A stretch of DNA of 64,000 nucleotides, from contig NC_042999.1 in the NCBI RefSeq assembly GCF_006345805.1, forward strand, positions 171,182,001 to 171,246,000. Direction: 5' to 3'. The stretch comes from Octopus sinensis (Eukaryota). Below the pieces are notes generated by a model, which was not told where the DNA came from, ran no database searches, and worked only from the letters and a program-made list of their open reading frames with translations. Below, piece by piece: positions 23,992 to 36,781 of this stretch; the first letter of the stretch is position 1; every line of letters begins with the position of its first letter. The translations under genes were made by a program, and so were the position numbers.

Positions 23992-26147
23992 TATATGACA
24001 ATAATCCTTGGATGGAATTTTTAAATATTTAATGCATCGAATGTTTATAAATTCCATCCAAGGATTATTGTTATTATGACTATATTTATCCTACATTATA
24101 TCCATTAAATCCAAAGCCTTGTGAGTGAATTTTGTAGGCAGGAAAATATATGTGTGTGTACGTGTCTTTGTATCTATGTTTGTCCATCCATAATCGCTTG
24201 AAAACTGATGGTGGTATGTTTATATCCCCGTGACCTAGCGGTTCGGCAAAGAGACCGATAGAATAAGTAATAAGTAAATGCAGTTCGCAGAAAGTCAAGA
24301 ATATCCTTGACTTTCTGCGAACTGCATCTGACAACATTATTACGTAATTCATATCTGCTAGAAACAACTGTCGGACCTGTAATATCATACCTTGTCTCGT
24401 TAGTTTTCTGTGTCTTTGTACTTTGTGTAAATCTGCTATCTCAATTTATAAATATCACTCAGAACTGTTATCACGCAGGGCAACATGCTTAGTGGCATAA
24501 CGTCCGTCTTTAGATTCTGAATTCAAATTTATACCGAGGTCAACCTTGCTTTTCGCCCCTTCGGCGTCGTTAAAATAAGTACCGTTTGATTACTGGGCTC
24601 GAAGCAATCGATTTACCCGCTACCCCGAAATTGCTAGCTTTAGGCCAAATTTTAAAACCTATATATACATGTTAATATATTTATACATGGATGTTCATCG
24701 TCTGAATGATGCCGTCCAGAGATAGCATAGAATTTTGTCAGTGAACAGGTTGCGGTCTCAAAGCGACGAAAATATTTTGACAAATTAAATTTAAATGTCG
24801 AATTGAATCTAACGGTTTTTGTGTGTTTCTGAAATGGCTTATAAACACGTTCCATGCTGCAATTGTATTATTTTATGGCATGTTTGATAATAACAGTGAC
24901 GTTTTACTGCTTGGGAGACCATAATATCAGAGTGGAGTTAATTTATTACAAAAATCAAGTTGATTGGAGATTCACATGTAATCTAGTTCCTACATGCCGA
25001 TAGGCTTCACTATACATGTGTGTGTGTCTGTGTATGTATGTATATATGTATGTGTATGTGTGTGTGCACGCGCGCGTTTACATGCATGTGTACGTTTATG
25101 TGTGTATATATATGTTTGAGTCCGTAGTTTGCATTTATATGTGCGAAGTTCATATGAAAGGACAGCATATCGAATGGGCGTTCACTACTCACCAAACTTA
25201 TAAACAGTGATGTCTTGTATACAGAATATATAAAACTATACCGATGTTTTTTGTACAGTATACGAATTTCGATTCCATAATAAAAATAACTATAATGTAA
25301 ACATAATTAAACTGTTAAATCGATGATGGCATCAACGATGAGGATACTAACTCTAACAATTATCTTTTCGGCACTTAGAGTAGTGTATTTTTATATGAAT
25401 TGTTGAATTCTACTAAACTTAGCCTGCTGTCATTATATTGTTATGATTATCTTAACTATTATATTTCATTACATATATTCTGTATATTTAATAAAGATTA
25501 GCAAACTGCGATAATGTATATTTTATATACTCTAAAATGCATTAATGTAATCAACTGTTCGCTCATGGTTCGTATTTTATGAGTTTTTCCATGCATTTGA
25601 AAATTAGAACTATAATTGAATTTTCGGTAGATGTACTATAAACGAAAGGTTTAAAGCAGGCTATGAAATAATAAAAAGAAGAGCTCTCTTTAATTTGTGC
25701 ATCTAGTTGGCGCCAGCGATTATTCGAACCAGCCATGCATAATACCATATGTCTATTATTGAAGGGAAATATAATTATGATTACTACACAAGCATTCAAA
25801 AACTGTTTCTGGGTAATAATTACATTTATCCTATATTGTAGGATTGCATTTGGTAATCGAGTGAAAAATGTTCAAAAAAATAAAAAGACAAAAAACATAT
25901 AATATCAATGAAATCTGTTTAATGTCTACTAATTTGACATTCAGCATTTTCTGCTAAAAGCAAGCGAAACAATAAATAGATTTATCAGCTGCACTATTCC
26001 CGTTAGAATTCATGTCCCAATTGACAGATATAAACCTTAGTATATAATAGATAAGAAGCAGTTGAGTTCCAAATAGTGATACATATTTGGAAATATTATT
26101 GACAAGCGACGTCAATACCCTTCAATGGCATCCATAAATAAATCATA

Positions 26148-26384
26148 ACGCGGCGAACTGACAGAACAGTAAGCACGCCGGGCGAAATGCGTAGCCGTAT
26201 TTTGTCTGCCGTTACGTTCTGAGTTCAAATTCCGCCGAGGTCGACTTTGCCTTTCATACTTTCGAGGTCGATAAATTAAGTACCAGTTACGCACTGGGGT
26301 CGATGTAATCGACTTAGTCCGTTTGTCTGTCCTTGTTTGTCCCCTGTGTTTAGCCCCTTGTGGGTAGTAAAGAAATAGGTATCT
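26148..26384 (+). mobile_element. tRNA-derived SINE family B with 14-bp TSD
   Basis: GCGGCGAACTG...GAGTTCAAATTCCGCCGAGGTCGACTTTGCC...AAAGAAATAGG. ATAAATAAATCATA is duplicated at 26134-26147 and 26385-26398. Other copies at ~24482-24660 (+), ~48166-48310 (+), ~50195-50330 (-) and ~52270-52467 (-). Confidence 0.85.
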
Positions 26385-26877
26385 ATAAATAAATCATATC
26401 CCTTTGTTCTCTGAGAACAACATTGCTGTTCCACGAGAAAGAGCAAAACATCTTAATCTAGAAAGTTTTCTTTTATTATTAATATTGATCTAAGTCATTT
26501 TGGCATCGAGTAATGTAATTGCCAATTAAATCTGAAGAATTTATCTTTGATACCATTTGCTTCTTTTCAAAATATAAAGGTATAATGTGAGCATTAATAG
26601 ACACAAATTATGAAAAAGTAGAAATTTTAGTTGCGAAAGTAGATATGAAATATTACCTTGTACAGGGACATGAGTATTAAAAATCAAAACTGATACATAC
26701 GTACAATAATTCAGTGTCTATCTGCTTCTGAAGTAACGTGTATTTTGTGTGAATTTTGTACGTATATTATAGTTGAGTAGATAATTAACTAATATAGACG
26801 TTCTTAAGAGCAAAAGAGACTGTTGTAGCGATTAATGAAAATGCATGTGTAATTGGATATTGATTGTGTAGAGAATA

Positions 26878-27937
26878 GGCGCAGGAATAGCTCAGTGGTA
26901 AGTAGCTTGCTTACGCATATGCGTCGATTTATTCGCAGTGTTGATTTTTGACGAGACGGATGGAATTTTTTGAGCTGCTTTGTAGTGGTTTGACGGTGAG
27001 TGTTGTACCGATGGAAAGGAATGTATTCGGACCTTAGTAGGTATCCTCAACAGAGGAGGAGATCGTTAAGGCGGTAAATTGAATGGGTGAGTATTTGGAA
27101 AGAGTAAAGAATTTTACTGAGGCTGCAGAAGTGAAGAAAATGGAAGTGGACCTAACCGGACTGAAGGAGCTGTGTAAGATGACACAGAAGGTGGGCAGTG
27201 ATGTGAAGTTAATATCCTCGAAAAGGATCATGATAAATATGGAAAAGAAGACTATTACCTACAAGGTGTTCTCAGTAGAGAGTAGGAAGGTGGAGCGGAT
27301 GGAGATGGAAAAAGTAGAAAAAGCTCTGAAGGGGATTTCGAAGGAAGTGACATATATAGCGAAAGGAAATGGATATGGGTCGGTGGTTGTCCAGTTTAGC
27401 ACAGCGGAAGAGGTGGCCCTAATACGTCATATACCACATTTTTGAATGAAGCATTGGGTATGGCGGAGTATGGGGTCATAATCGATAGTGAAGGTGATGG
27501 ACATTAATGTTAAATGGTAAGAGGTTTTGAAACCTCATCATGTTTTAAAGGAAATTGTTTTCGGGAAACGGCGGTCGGCGGGCGCCGTTGGTTTCCCCCA
27601 TTCATTCATATATTTTTCATTTCATCTCATTAATGTAAATGTCCATCCCGCAGCTACATCTGTGTAATGCCCTTGCGACAAATTATATGAATAAAAGTAG
27701 CTTGCTTACCAACCACATGGTTCCGGGTTCAGTCCTGCTGCATGGAAACTTGGGCAAGTGTCTTCTACTATAGTCTCGGGGCAACCAAATCTTTGTGAGT
27801 GGATTTGGTAGACAAAAACTGAAAGAAGCCCGTCGTATATATATATGTATGTATATGTATATGTTTGTGTGTATGTGTCTGTCCGCCCCAACATCGCTTG
27901 ACAACCGATGCACATATGTTTACGTCCCCGATACTTA
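26878..27937 (+). mobile_element. SINE family A split by a LINE-like insertion
   Basis: The head GGCGCAGGAATAGCTCAGTGGTAAGTAGCTTGCTTAC (to 26914) resumes at 27695 as AAGTAGCTTGCTTACCAACCACATGG. Confidence 0.8.
26915..27694 (+). mobile_element. Internally deleted L1/Tx1-like non-LTR element with ORF1-like remnant (27083-27445)
   Basis: Flanked by the 15-bp duplication AAGTAGCTTGCTTAC. Purine-rich 120-aa ORF (..VTYIAKGNGYGSVVVQFSTAEE, RRM-like ORF1 character), followed by a pyrimidine-rich UTR-like tail ending in AATAAA. Clade assignment is inference. Confidence 0.55.
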
Positions 27938-27973
27938 GCCTTGAGAATCTGTGTTTGCCAACTATTATTAAAT

Positions 27974-28360
27974 TCTTTTTCTTTTATTCTTTTGTTCTTT
28001 ATTTACTTCAGTCATTTGACTGCGGCCATGCTGGAGCACCGAGCAAATCGACCACACTACTTATTATTTGTAGGCCTAGTGCTTATTCTATCACTCACTT
28101 TTGCCGAACCGCTAAGTAACGTGAACGTAAACACAACACTATCGGTTGTCAGGTGATGGTGTTGGGAACCCCTTCCCCCCCACACATATATATATATACG
28201 ACGGGCTTCTTTCAGTTTCTGTCTACCAAACCCGCTCACAAGGCTTTGGTCGGCCCGAGGATATAGTAGAAGACACTTGCCGAAAGGCCACGCAGCGGTA
28301 CTGAACCCGGACCCATCTGGTTGTTAAGCTAGCTACTTACCTCACAGCCGTTCCTGCGCC
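27974..28360 (-). mobile_element. SINE family A, near full length
   Basis: Reverse complement of the family A head (..TTCCTGCGCC at 28351-28360) and tail (TCAGTCATTTGACTGCGGCCATGCTGGAGCACC). Confidence 0.85.
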
Positions 28361-29763
28361 TTCTTAACAATGTTTTCATATTTAGAGTTGGAATTAGTAA
28401 CAAATGACATAAACAAAGTGAATGATATATTAAAGAAGTATTCGGTCTAATTTTTAACCGATTCCTAAGCATTTAGACAGAGAAATAAATTTCTTGTGCA
28501 ACAAAGTTTTCAATAACCAGGTCTCAGTTTAGAGTGACGAAAAGTTTAAAACCATTATACAAACAATAAATATTTATGTGAAGTCCAAAGTGTTGTGTGT
28601 TTCTGAACGGTGAATATGTGTCTACCACACTCCAACCATTGTTGTTTCAACGCACGGTCCCTCATTGAAACACTTGCTATTCTGGTGCATCTCAGTAATT
28701 AGAGTCTTTGCTGCACAAATTTCAAAATGTTCTCAATCACACGAACAAAGAGGCAAAGAGTTAATTATTGTGTTCCGATTTAATAGTGCAATCAGAAAAC
28801 TAATAGGAACACTTTTTAATCTAGCCGATCTAATTAATCATTGCACCTCTTGAAATGTTCATTAATGATATATGAACTTTTCATAGGTTTTCTTCATTTT
28901 AAAATTATATTCCATTCGAAACGAGCTAAATAACAGTTGTATTCTCTTGCGATACAATTAAACAGGCCTTGTTCAAAATCATTTTACTCCAGATACATTG
29001 CATTCATTTTCATTACTTGTCATATCTTACAACTTTCAAGTATTTCCACAAAATTCCCTAACTCAAATCAGAGTGTAAATTTTGCAAGTGTAAAATGTAT
29101 CTCAAAACCATTAGTGCTGTTGCTTTATATTTTAATAAGTAAGAGCAGCACATTTTAATTTACGCCTCTATGAAGTGAAAAATGACTTTATTTTCTTTTT
29201 GGTTATTTTAAGTCTTCTTAATCGATGACGTCGTAATTAGCAGATTTGCACGAGCATAGAATTAGCTGCAATTGTTTAAAATATATAATGTAAGTTTTCT
29301 TCACGGAAAATAGCTCTCTCCCTCCCGCTGGTTCTTTACTATATATTTCACTTTACGTTTAATACTCCTTTTCTCTCTATCCTTTCTCTCTAATTAAATT
29401 CCAAAACAACGGAATAGCAGAAGTGTCGTCACACAAAATAGCAATAAATTAATGCATTGTATATATCTTTACTTACAGCAGTTAAACAAACAAAACACAA
29501 ACAAAACAAGCAAACAAGCGTAAAAAAGTATCTATTCTAATTAGGTTACTTAATGTAAAGAACTGGGTACTACGGATGCTAGACTTTAGTTTATTTCAAG
29601 AGTTTCGATGTACTTATAGTTATGAGTCGTGGTGATACATCACGTTATACGTCTTCTTTCTCCATTTTCATATATTCATATCATAATACTAAGTGTCTTT
29701 TAAAATTTTCTGAAATTGAACATAGCAGTACAGAAGCCAACCAATTGAAAAGAACTCTAATAA

Positions 29764-32328
29764 TAGTGTGTAACAAAATTTTTATTATTGATCTTTTTCT
29801 TTTTTTTTGGGGGGGGGGCTTCTCACTAGAAATCAAAGGAAACGAATACTATTCTCTTCAAACAACGTTGTTTTTGTGACCTGGACGTCAATGTTTCGAG
29901 ATTGAGCTATTTTCCATTATATATCAGACAGATTCAGCGCTGGGTTGTTGAAGCAGAATATCTTAGGATTTACTAGAAGTTCCAAGAACTTTCGAGAAGT
30001 TCTTAAAAGTTTAAAGAATTTCTAGAGCGTTCTGACAACAAAGACGGCAGTATAAATACAGGGATCGTAATCTTAAAAGTGCTGAATATTTTTTTGTCGT
30101 CCAAGTGGAGACAAGATGTAGTCGATAGCTACAATCGTCACATGTGGAGTCAGGAGGTTGTAATCATCTGGCTAACGCAGATGTAGTCTCCGTCAACATC
30201 TGATAATATGTGTGAGGCCTACAAAGCATATTTTGGCATGCCTGTCGGGGATCAAGTCAAACCCTGGGCACGTCAGTTCACCGGTGAACTCTGCAGAGGT
30301 GTTCTAGAAGCTAAGATTGTACGATTTACTTGTTTTGATAGTGGAATTTTTAAGTGTAAGTGTTTTGGAATTCTAAAAGATTGAAATATATTTTACTTAT
30401 ATCTTTTAAACCAGTGTTATTGAAACATTTAATATATAGTTTTCATCAACACCGGGTGAAATATATTAGTGTTTTTATACTTCAAATTTTATTTTTGCTC
30501 TTTTGCAAGATCGTATAGGGGGCAAAATAGGGTCATGAAATTTGCAATCTCACAAATTTGGAGAAAGCCAACTGACTACTTAAGCAATTGCTTCTTCTGC
30601 ATGGTGGACTCTTCCGAAAGTCGAGTTGGCAAGGATGTGCTTGTCATCCATCATTCCATTTTCACGCGGCTCTGAGCGCCCTGTACCCATTACTCCAAAG
30701 ACAGAGGACCCCTCATCAAAAGAGAGCAGCGTATCACAAGCGGATAAAGTCGTTGATCCAGATTATAGAGTAGCAAAAACCGATAGTAATCCAAAGAAGA
30801 ATACCTCAACGAGAATATCAGAGATCTTGGTTTTATAAAGTCTATTGCCGAAATTTTGACGCCGTGATTCAGGAAGTGGAATTTGTTATAGGAAAGGGTG
30901 AAAGTTGCAGATCAGAGATATCGTCACCTGTATTTTTCAAGCTTTTTCACCCGTCAAGATGGGCTTTGCTTCTGCCAAAATGAGGCAATTAGAAAAGATT
31001 GTAACCACGGGAAGTAGTGCTGCTTGTTCAACGGCAGTTCATTCTGGAGACTCAAAACGTCATAACAAGAACATGTATCTATCTCTGAGTGCAGCTCAAA
31101 GAGGAATACGGCAGGTTGAAAATCTCGGTAGCAGTCTTGAAATAATCTGAAGTCGGAAGGTTATAGGGGACGTCAAAATGGTGGCCCTCCTGATAGGTCT
31201 CCAATGCGTCTTTACCAAGTTTCCGTGTTCTCTTTGCCTTTGGGACAGAAGGCACATCGTGGCACACTACCACAGGCAGAACTGGCTGCGGCACACCGAG
31301 CTGAATGTGGGGAGAAACAGCGTCAAATGGGATCCACTGTTGGACCCTGTCAAAGTTATGGTTTTCTCCACTACAAATAAAATTCGGCCTTATGAAACAA
31401 TTTGTCAGAGCTCTAGATAAGAGGTCTGCTGCCTTCAAGTAGCTTCAAGACTTCTCTAATTTGTCTGAAGCAAAAGTCGAAGTTGGTGTCTTCATCGGAC
31501 CACAGTGCAAAGAATTCCCAAATAAGCTCACTAGGAAGAAGAAGTCAGCGTAAATCAGCTTTGTCGCAGTGGTTCGAAGCTTCCTGGGGAATCACAAGGC
31601 CAAAACCTAAGTAGAACTTGTTGAGATCCTGATAAACGACGGCAAAATTGACTGCAGGATGTCCCGCAAATTCCATATCCTTGATGCTGATCTTGATAAG
31701 TTCAAAGAGAACATGAGGCGTAGTCAGCGGAGCTAGGTGAGCGCTTCCATTAGGATATATTGGACTTTGAACGCCGCTATCAATGATCGTATAAAGAAAA
31801 CATGATGGGAAACAATATTTAGGGGCAGATTCGTGAAATTAATTTATAGTGTATATAGTGTAAGCGTAAAACGCGAAAAACAACTAATTTATATATTTGT
31901 TAAGGCCTTTCTTGCGTTAGCGTAGAATAAATAAATGCTACTTTCGAATCATATGTAGTTTTGTTCCTAATTTTCAAGAACGAAAATTATCACATTCGCC
32001 AGTTTTCCAAATGGGAATAGGTTAATTGTAGAAATATCGTAATAGCAAATATTCTGCTCAATATCACAGTTTTGCTCTTCACTTCCATGGTCTTGGCCAC
32101 TTGATCATTTTCCTTAGCGACTGACAATATGTGCATCTCTGATCATGAGCAGGAGTAGTTGGGGAACAACATAGCTATTTGTTGAAAGGGGATTCTTTGG
32201 GGGTTTCCCTAAATATCGTAACAAAATAAAAGATTGAAGGAAATATTCAACATTTTCATACTTTCCAGGTGTAAGCAAATAGGAAATAACAGTTGCTACC
32301 CAAGGCCAAAAATCGTGTTACACGGTGT
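29764..32328 (+). mobile_element. Decayed Chapaev3-like (CMC) DNA transposon with transposase pseudogene (~30170-31850)
   Basis: EAYKAYFGMPVGDQVKPWA; IWRKPTDYLSNCFFC; GDVKMVALLIGLQCVFTKFPCSLCLWD; LSEAKVEVGVFIGPQ; E.GERFH.DI.DFERRYQ. Degenerate TIRs GTGTAACAAAATTTTT (~29768) and AAAAATCGTGTTACACGGTG (~32309-32328). Many stops. Confidence 0.7.
32046..32205 (+). repeat. Unclassified interspersed repeat, second copy at ~51975-52130
   Basis: AAATATT.TGCTCAATA.CACAG.TTTGCT...TCTGATCA.GAGCAG.AGTAGTTGGG is shared between the two loci. Confidence 0.65.
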
Positions 32329-34023
32329 AATTCATATTTCACTGGTTGTGCACATTAGATTGGTATAAAACTTGCACCCCTACTATTTTCAAATGTGCTG
32401 TCCTTCCCTACGTGTAATATATATATATAAATATGTTAGTATGGAGAATCGCCTTTCTTTTGGTTTTGTAATTTAAATGTTGATAAAATAAAATCTAAAA
32501 TGTGGTTGCCAAAAAGATAAAATTTCCCCAAACTTGAACTTAGTCTGCGCTAATATAACGTGATTTCACAATATGTAAATGGAGATTTAATTTCATATCA
32601 CTTACGACACAATTCTAATCCTTTAATGACAAGTTTCGAATGTTGTTTGCGTTTCGTGCATGAAATATTTAACCTAGTGCTTAAACTGCTAACATTATGC
32701 TGTAAAAACACTTAAACTTACGTCATCTCGAATATGTTGTATCATATTAGAAATTTTTCCTATCTTCTATCGTGTTCCATTACGAACCTTGTTAGAAGCG
32801 TAACAGAAATATGCAGCTGTGAATGTATATTAATCTACTATAAGCGAAAAGTAAATTAACTTTCTATACTACAACAGTTACCCATAAACTAATATTCTAA
32901 AACTAAATTTTGAGTATATAGAGAAATTAGAAAGTAAGGAATTAGGAATGTTATTACGCATGTATGAATATAAGGTTGAGATACCCAGTAATAACACCTT
33001 ACTGAAGGAACTGTTTCTGGTTAAACAATTTTGATATAAACTTTCAGAGACATTTGCATGAACATATAAATCCCTACCTGTAAAAATATTACGGTTTAGT
33101 ATGTTGCAATGTATTATTAAGATTATTATAATTAAGCTTGATTACTCTAATGCGATGTGAATAGGGTTAATTGGAATAATAGCCTTTTGTCTTGGCATTA
33201 CCCAATTAAATATCTTGTGTTTTAGCGTTCGGGAAGTCCCTACCTCTTATACTGAATCTTATTTTATTATAACAGCTAATGATTTTAATATAAAGTCACA
33301 TAGATAATAATATGGGAAACCGGTTGAGAGGAATACGAATTCAGTTGCAACATGCACCTCGAGCTTCAGTGGCAGGAATATATATACTATGACGCTCAAC
33401 TGAAAATTTTAGACATGGACAAATCTTATAATAATCTAAAAATTTTTTAATTTTTCGGAACGATTTTAGTGAAATAAAACCTTGTGACGAATTCATTTAG
33501 CCAGTCATTTTCTATTTTAAAACAAGGTATTACTGCATGAATTAGCTGTGTATTCTATACATACAAATCATTCTTATACCCAGAGACGACACTGTGTTAA
33601 TGATTTAATATTTTGCTAGGCTATATCCTATGTATCTAGCTTCCTATGTATCTACATCAGCCATTTCAAATGGATTAGTGCACCCACAAACTGTCTTTCT
33701 ACGCATTTTCCTGAAGGCATTTGCTAATTTGTAGTATGACACATAAAACTAATTTGTCCGGCTACTCCACTCTATCAATGTCATTGAAGATACACACGCG
33801 CGCAGCCACGTAGACACAAGTAACTCTCCTCATATGCATATACATATATACTTACATACATACTTACATACAGATGTGAGAAGTGATGTGAGAGGGTAGA
33901 TGTTTATCCCATATGTTTGCAGATCTTTCATGATTTTGTTAGTTGCTTAATAAATGTTACATCAATATTAAGACGCATATTAAACAGGCATAGAGAAATA
34001 CACATGCGTGTATACACCCATAT

Positions 34024-34430
34024 ATGGAAAGGTACACACATGGAAACATACTAGTGATAGGAGATTTTAACTTGCCTTATGTAAACTGGCCTACAAATAC
34101 TCCGAGGAGAGGCAACTGCACTACACTAGATAAAGCAGCAGCAGAATTACTCTTTAATCTTATGGTTGAATTTTTCCTGACACAACTAGAGCTCGAACCA
34201 AAACAGAATAAGACGATCCTGGACCTGATATTAACAACCGATTCTAGTTCCATTCATAGCATTTCATTTGAAAATACTCTCGTCTTGGACCACGACATGA
34301 TACTCCGCAATTTTAATTTCCAGCATATGAAAACCAAAGCAGTCACTCTTACTCCAATGCACTTAATTGGCAACATAAACTTTCACAATGTAGACTGAGG
34401 AGCAATTAGAAAGGATCTGTCTTACATTGA
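34024..34430 (+). pseudogene. CR1/Jockey-group LINE AP-endonuclease fragment
   Basis: ILVIGDFNLPYVNW, FLTQL..EP, TILDLILT and LDH (SDH motif). Confidence 0.8.
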
Positions 34431-34590
34431 CTGATCCTTCACTCAGTCAACAGGAACTCTAAACTGGAATGGACCATGATACCACAAAACTTGACATAAC
34501 TAGGATTTAACAAATCCTGTCAGGTGGTGTTAGATATGGCCTGGAGCCAATCTTTGGTCGAAACATATCAAGGCTATGTATATATATATA

Positions 34591-35130
34591 TAATACAAAA
34601 TGGGACAAGAACGCAAACCATCCGGACAGCTAGGTGATACAAAAAGGGACAACAAAACTTCCAGATAGACGATACAAGGAAAACAAGGACGGGTCATTTG
34701 AAGTTTTCTTTCCTCAGTCAAGCACCAGATTATCCTCGCAATTTCGACTGATTATTCTTGAGATTGCTCCAATCTGGCCAGCCCCAAGGAAAGACTAAGC
34801 TAAGGGCATTAGATTCCTTGGAAGAAAGCAGCGAATGTATACAAAAACAAGGGCGGAAAAAAGGGACAATGTTACACAAATGTATACAATAAATATAATA
34901 ACAGGACATAACAACAGGCGTCTTTCGACTAAGGACGAATTTGAATTAAGCTGGCGCGTGTGGAAATGAAGCCTTACAATCGCAGGAAAGAATATCGATC
35001 TTGCACGGACAACTGTCAGACCAAGAAAGAAAGAACAGGCTTAGCCGAACGGTGGTCACGTGGGAATAGAAGAGAGAGCAGTAGAAGCAGAGGGACAGAA
35101 GAATTAAGGAGGTGCGATAGAGTAGCAAGT
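34591..35130 (-). mobile_element. Diverged monomeric relative of the 795-bp array unit
   Basis: Shares GGACAAGAACG, GACGATACA, CAGTCAAG, TCTTGAGATT, GGCCAGCCC, ACTAAGCT, TGGAAGAA, CTGGCGC, AAGCCTT and GTCACGTG in the same order. Abuts (TA)n at the same end as the array. Confidence 0.75.
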
Positions 35131-35224
35131 CCAGTATAAATTTTGGTGATTAGTAGAATGTATAAATAAATAAAATATACAATCAAAAGCCGTATGGTCA
35201 GTAAAAATAGCGGGGTAGATATAA

Positions 35225-35842
35225 AGATACTGGCAAGACAGTGAAACTGCTCTGTACGCAATTGTGCAATGTCGAAATATTTCGGTACTTTGGTTTTATG
35301 CCGAAGAAATGTTGTCGTATCTGGGAAGAGTACGGCTGTTAACCAAGTTTATAATTAAGATTATTACACCGTCTTCTCTAAATAGGGAAGAGCAGGCTTG
35401 TTTCCTCTGTGTAGTAGCTACTGCGAAGGAGGTAGTATGGAGGATGCGAGTGAAAGGGATCTTGACAGACATTTTCATCTCCAGCCAGTTGGTTAACATT
35501 TTCCTTTTCCACATGAAAAGAAAAATAAACCTGGAGAAGGGATGCTTGTCGCACGGAATATTTTGGAAAAGATGGAAGAATGTAGCAAGTTTGTTGTGAG
35601 TGAATGAAACCGTTTGAGCAAGAACTTAAAAGGTCTACCAAGGTATTCAGTGTCGAAATGTGATTTGTTGGGACGGCCACGTCCATCACTCCATTTATCT
35701 TTATTCTTCCGATTTTATACGCATTCATCATCGTTTTTTAATTATGTATATCTTCATGTTGTTGTTCCATTCGTTCCCCGACCCCTTGTCTGTCCTTGTG
35801 TCGTCCACTCTGTATTTCGACCGTAATGGTTAATAAAGAAAA
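35225..35842 (+). pseudogene. L1/Tx1-like ORF2 C-terminal fragment plus 3' UTR
   Basis: CVQCRN.SVLWFY (zinc-knuckle end), VATAKEVVWRMR..., FWKRW, then a pyrimidine-rich UTR and AATAAAGAAAA. Confidence 0.55.
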
Positions 35843-36742
35843 GAGTAATGCTTAAAAGGAAGATTAGTGACAGAAAGCAGTGAACAAGTTGTTGGAACTT
35901 CACACCTTGCTGCTTTTGAGGTATAACGTCGTATATTGAAAGACGTTGATATGGTATCAACTGCACACGTATCAATAAACACAAGCACATTGGCATTCAC
36001 TTTCACACATTCATACGTGAGTATGAGCAAGTAACCTTTCATACATTTCTGCATACTAGTGTTCTCATGCAGATACATAGAAGCACACACAGACGCGCAC
36101 ACGCGCACACGCGCACACACACATACACGACACACGCATGCATCCCCTCCGCGCGGGCGCAAATAATATTTGTACGTCTAAATAAATACGTATTTATATA
36201 TCTGCCTGTATTTGCGACCATTCTTTGACAAAAAACTGTCTTTGTCCTCATCTATTGAAATCTATTTCCCATTGAATAACGAGCTTTGATTGAATAAATA
36301 AATTCTATGTAATAAACTGAATCCTCTTTCTTTCCTTTCTTTACGTTTTCAAAACTAAGGATTTAATCTTTGGTTTAGGAAAATTTATGGCTTTATGTAA
36401 TAATGCTGTCCAAAAAGTTTAAGCAAAATATTTATTCCTGGCTTTTGTTGCTGAAGGTTGCCACAATCAAGAAATTTAGATGTGACAGAAATAATCAACA
36501 AATTTATATGGATAAATCAGAAGAAGACAAGGAAAAGGATCAGGTTTCTATACATGTGTATACTTCTATATAATTTTGGGTATGTATGCCAATATCTCTC
36601 ACTCGCAAGCACGCACATACACACACACACATGCAAATACACACATATATGCACCCCAGTCATACACGTGTTTTTTATGTTTCATTGCAACTGAATATTT
36701 AGGAAATAAGGTAATTTTACCGGTCATACATTATTATGCATG

Positions 36743-36781
<39 letters not shown>

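Noticed and set aside
24733-24785. TTGTCA-GTGAACA..GAAAATATTT-TGACAA hammerhead-like remnant (another decayed one at ~34539-34574)
   Set aside because: The catalytic core is broken. These are probably dead PLE pLTR remnants.
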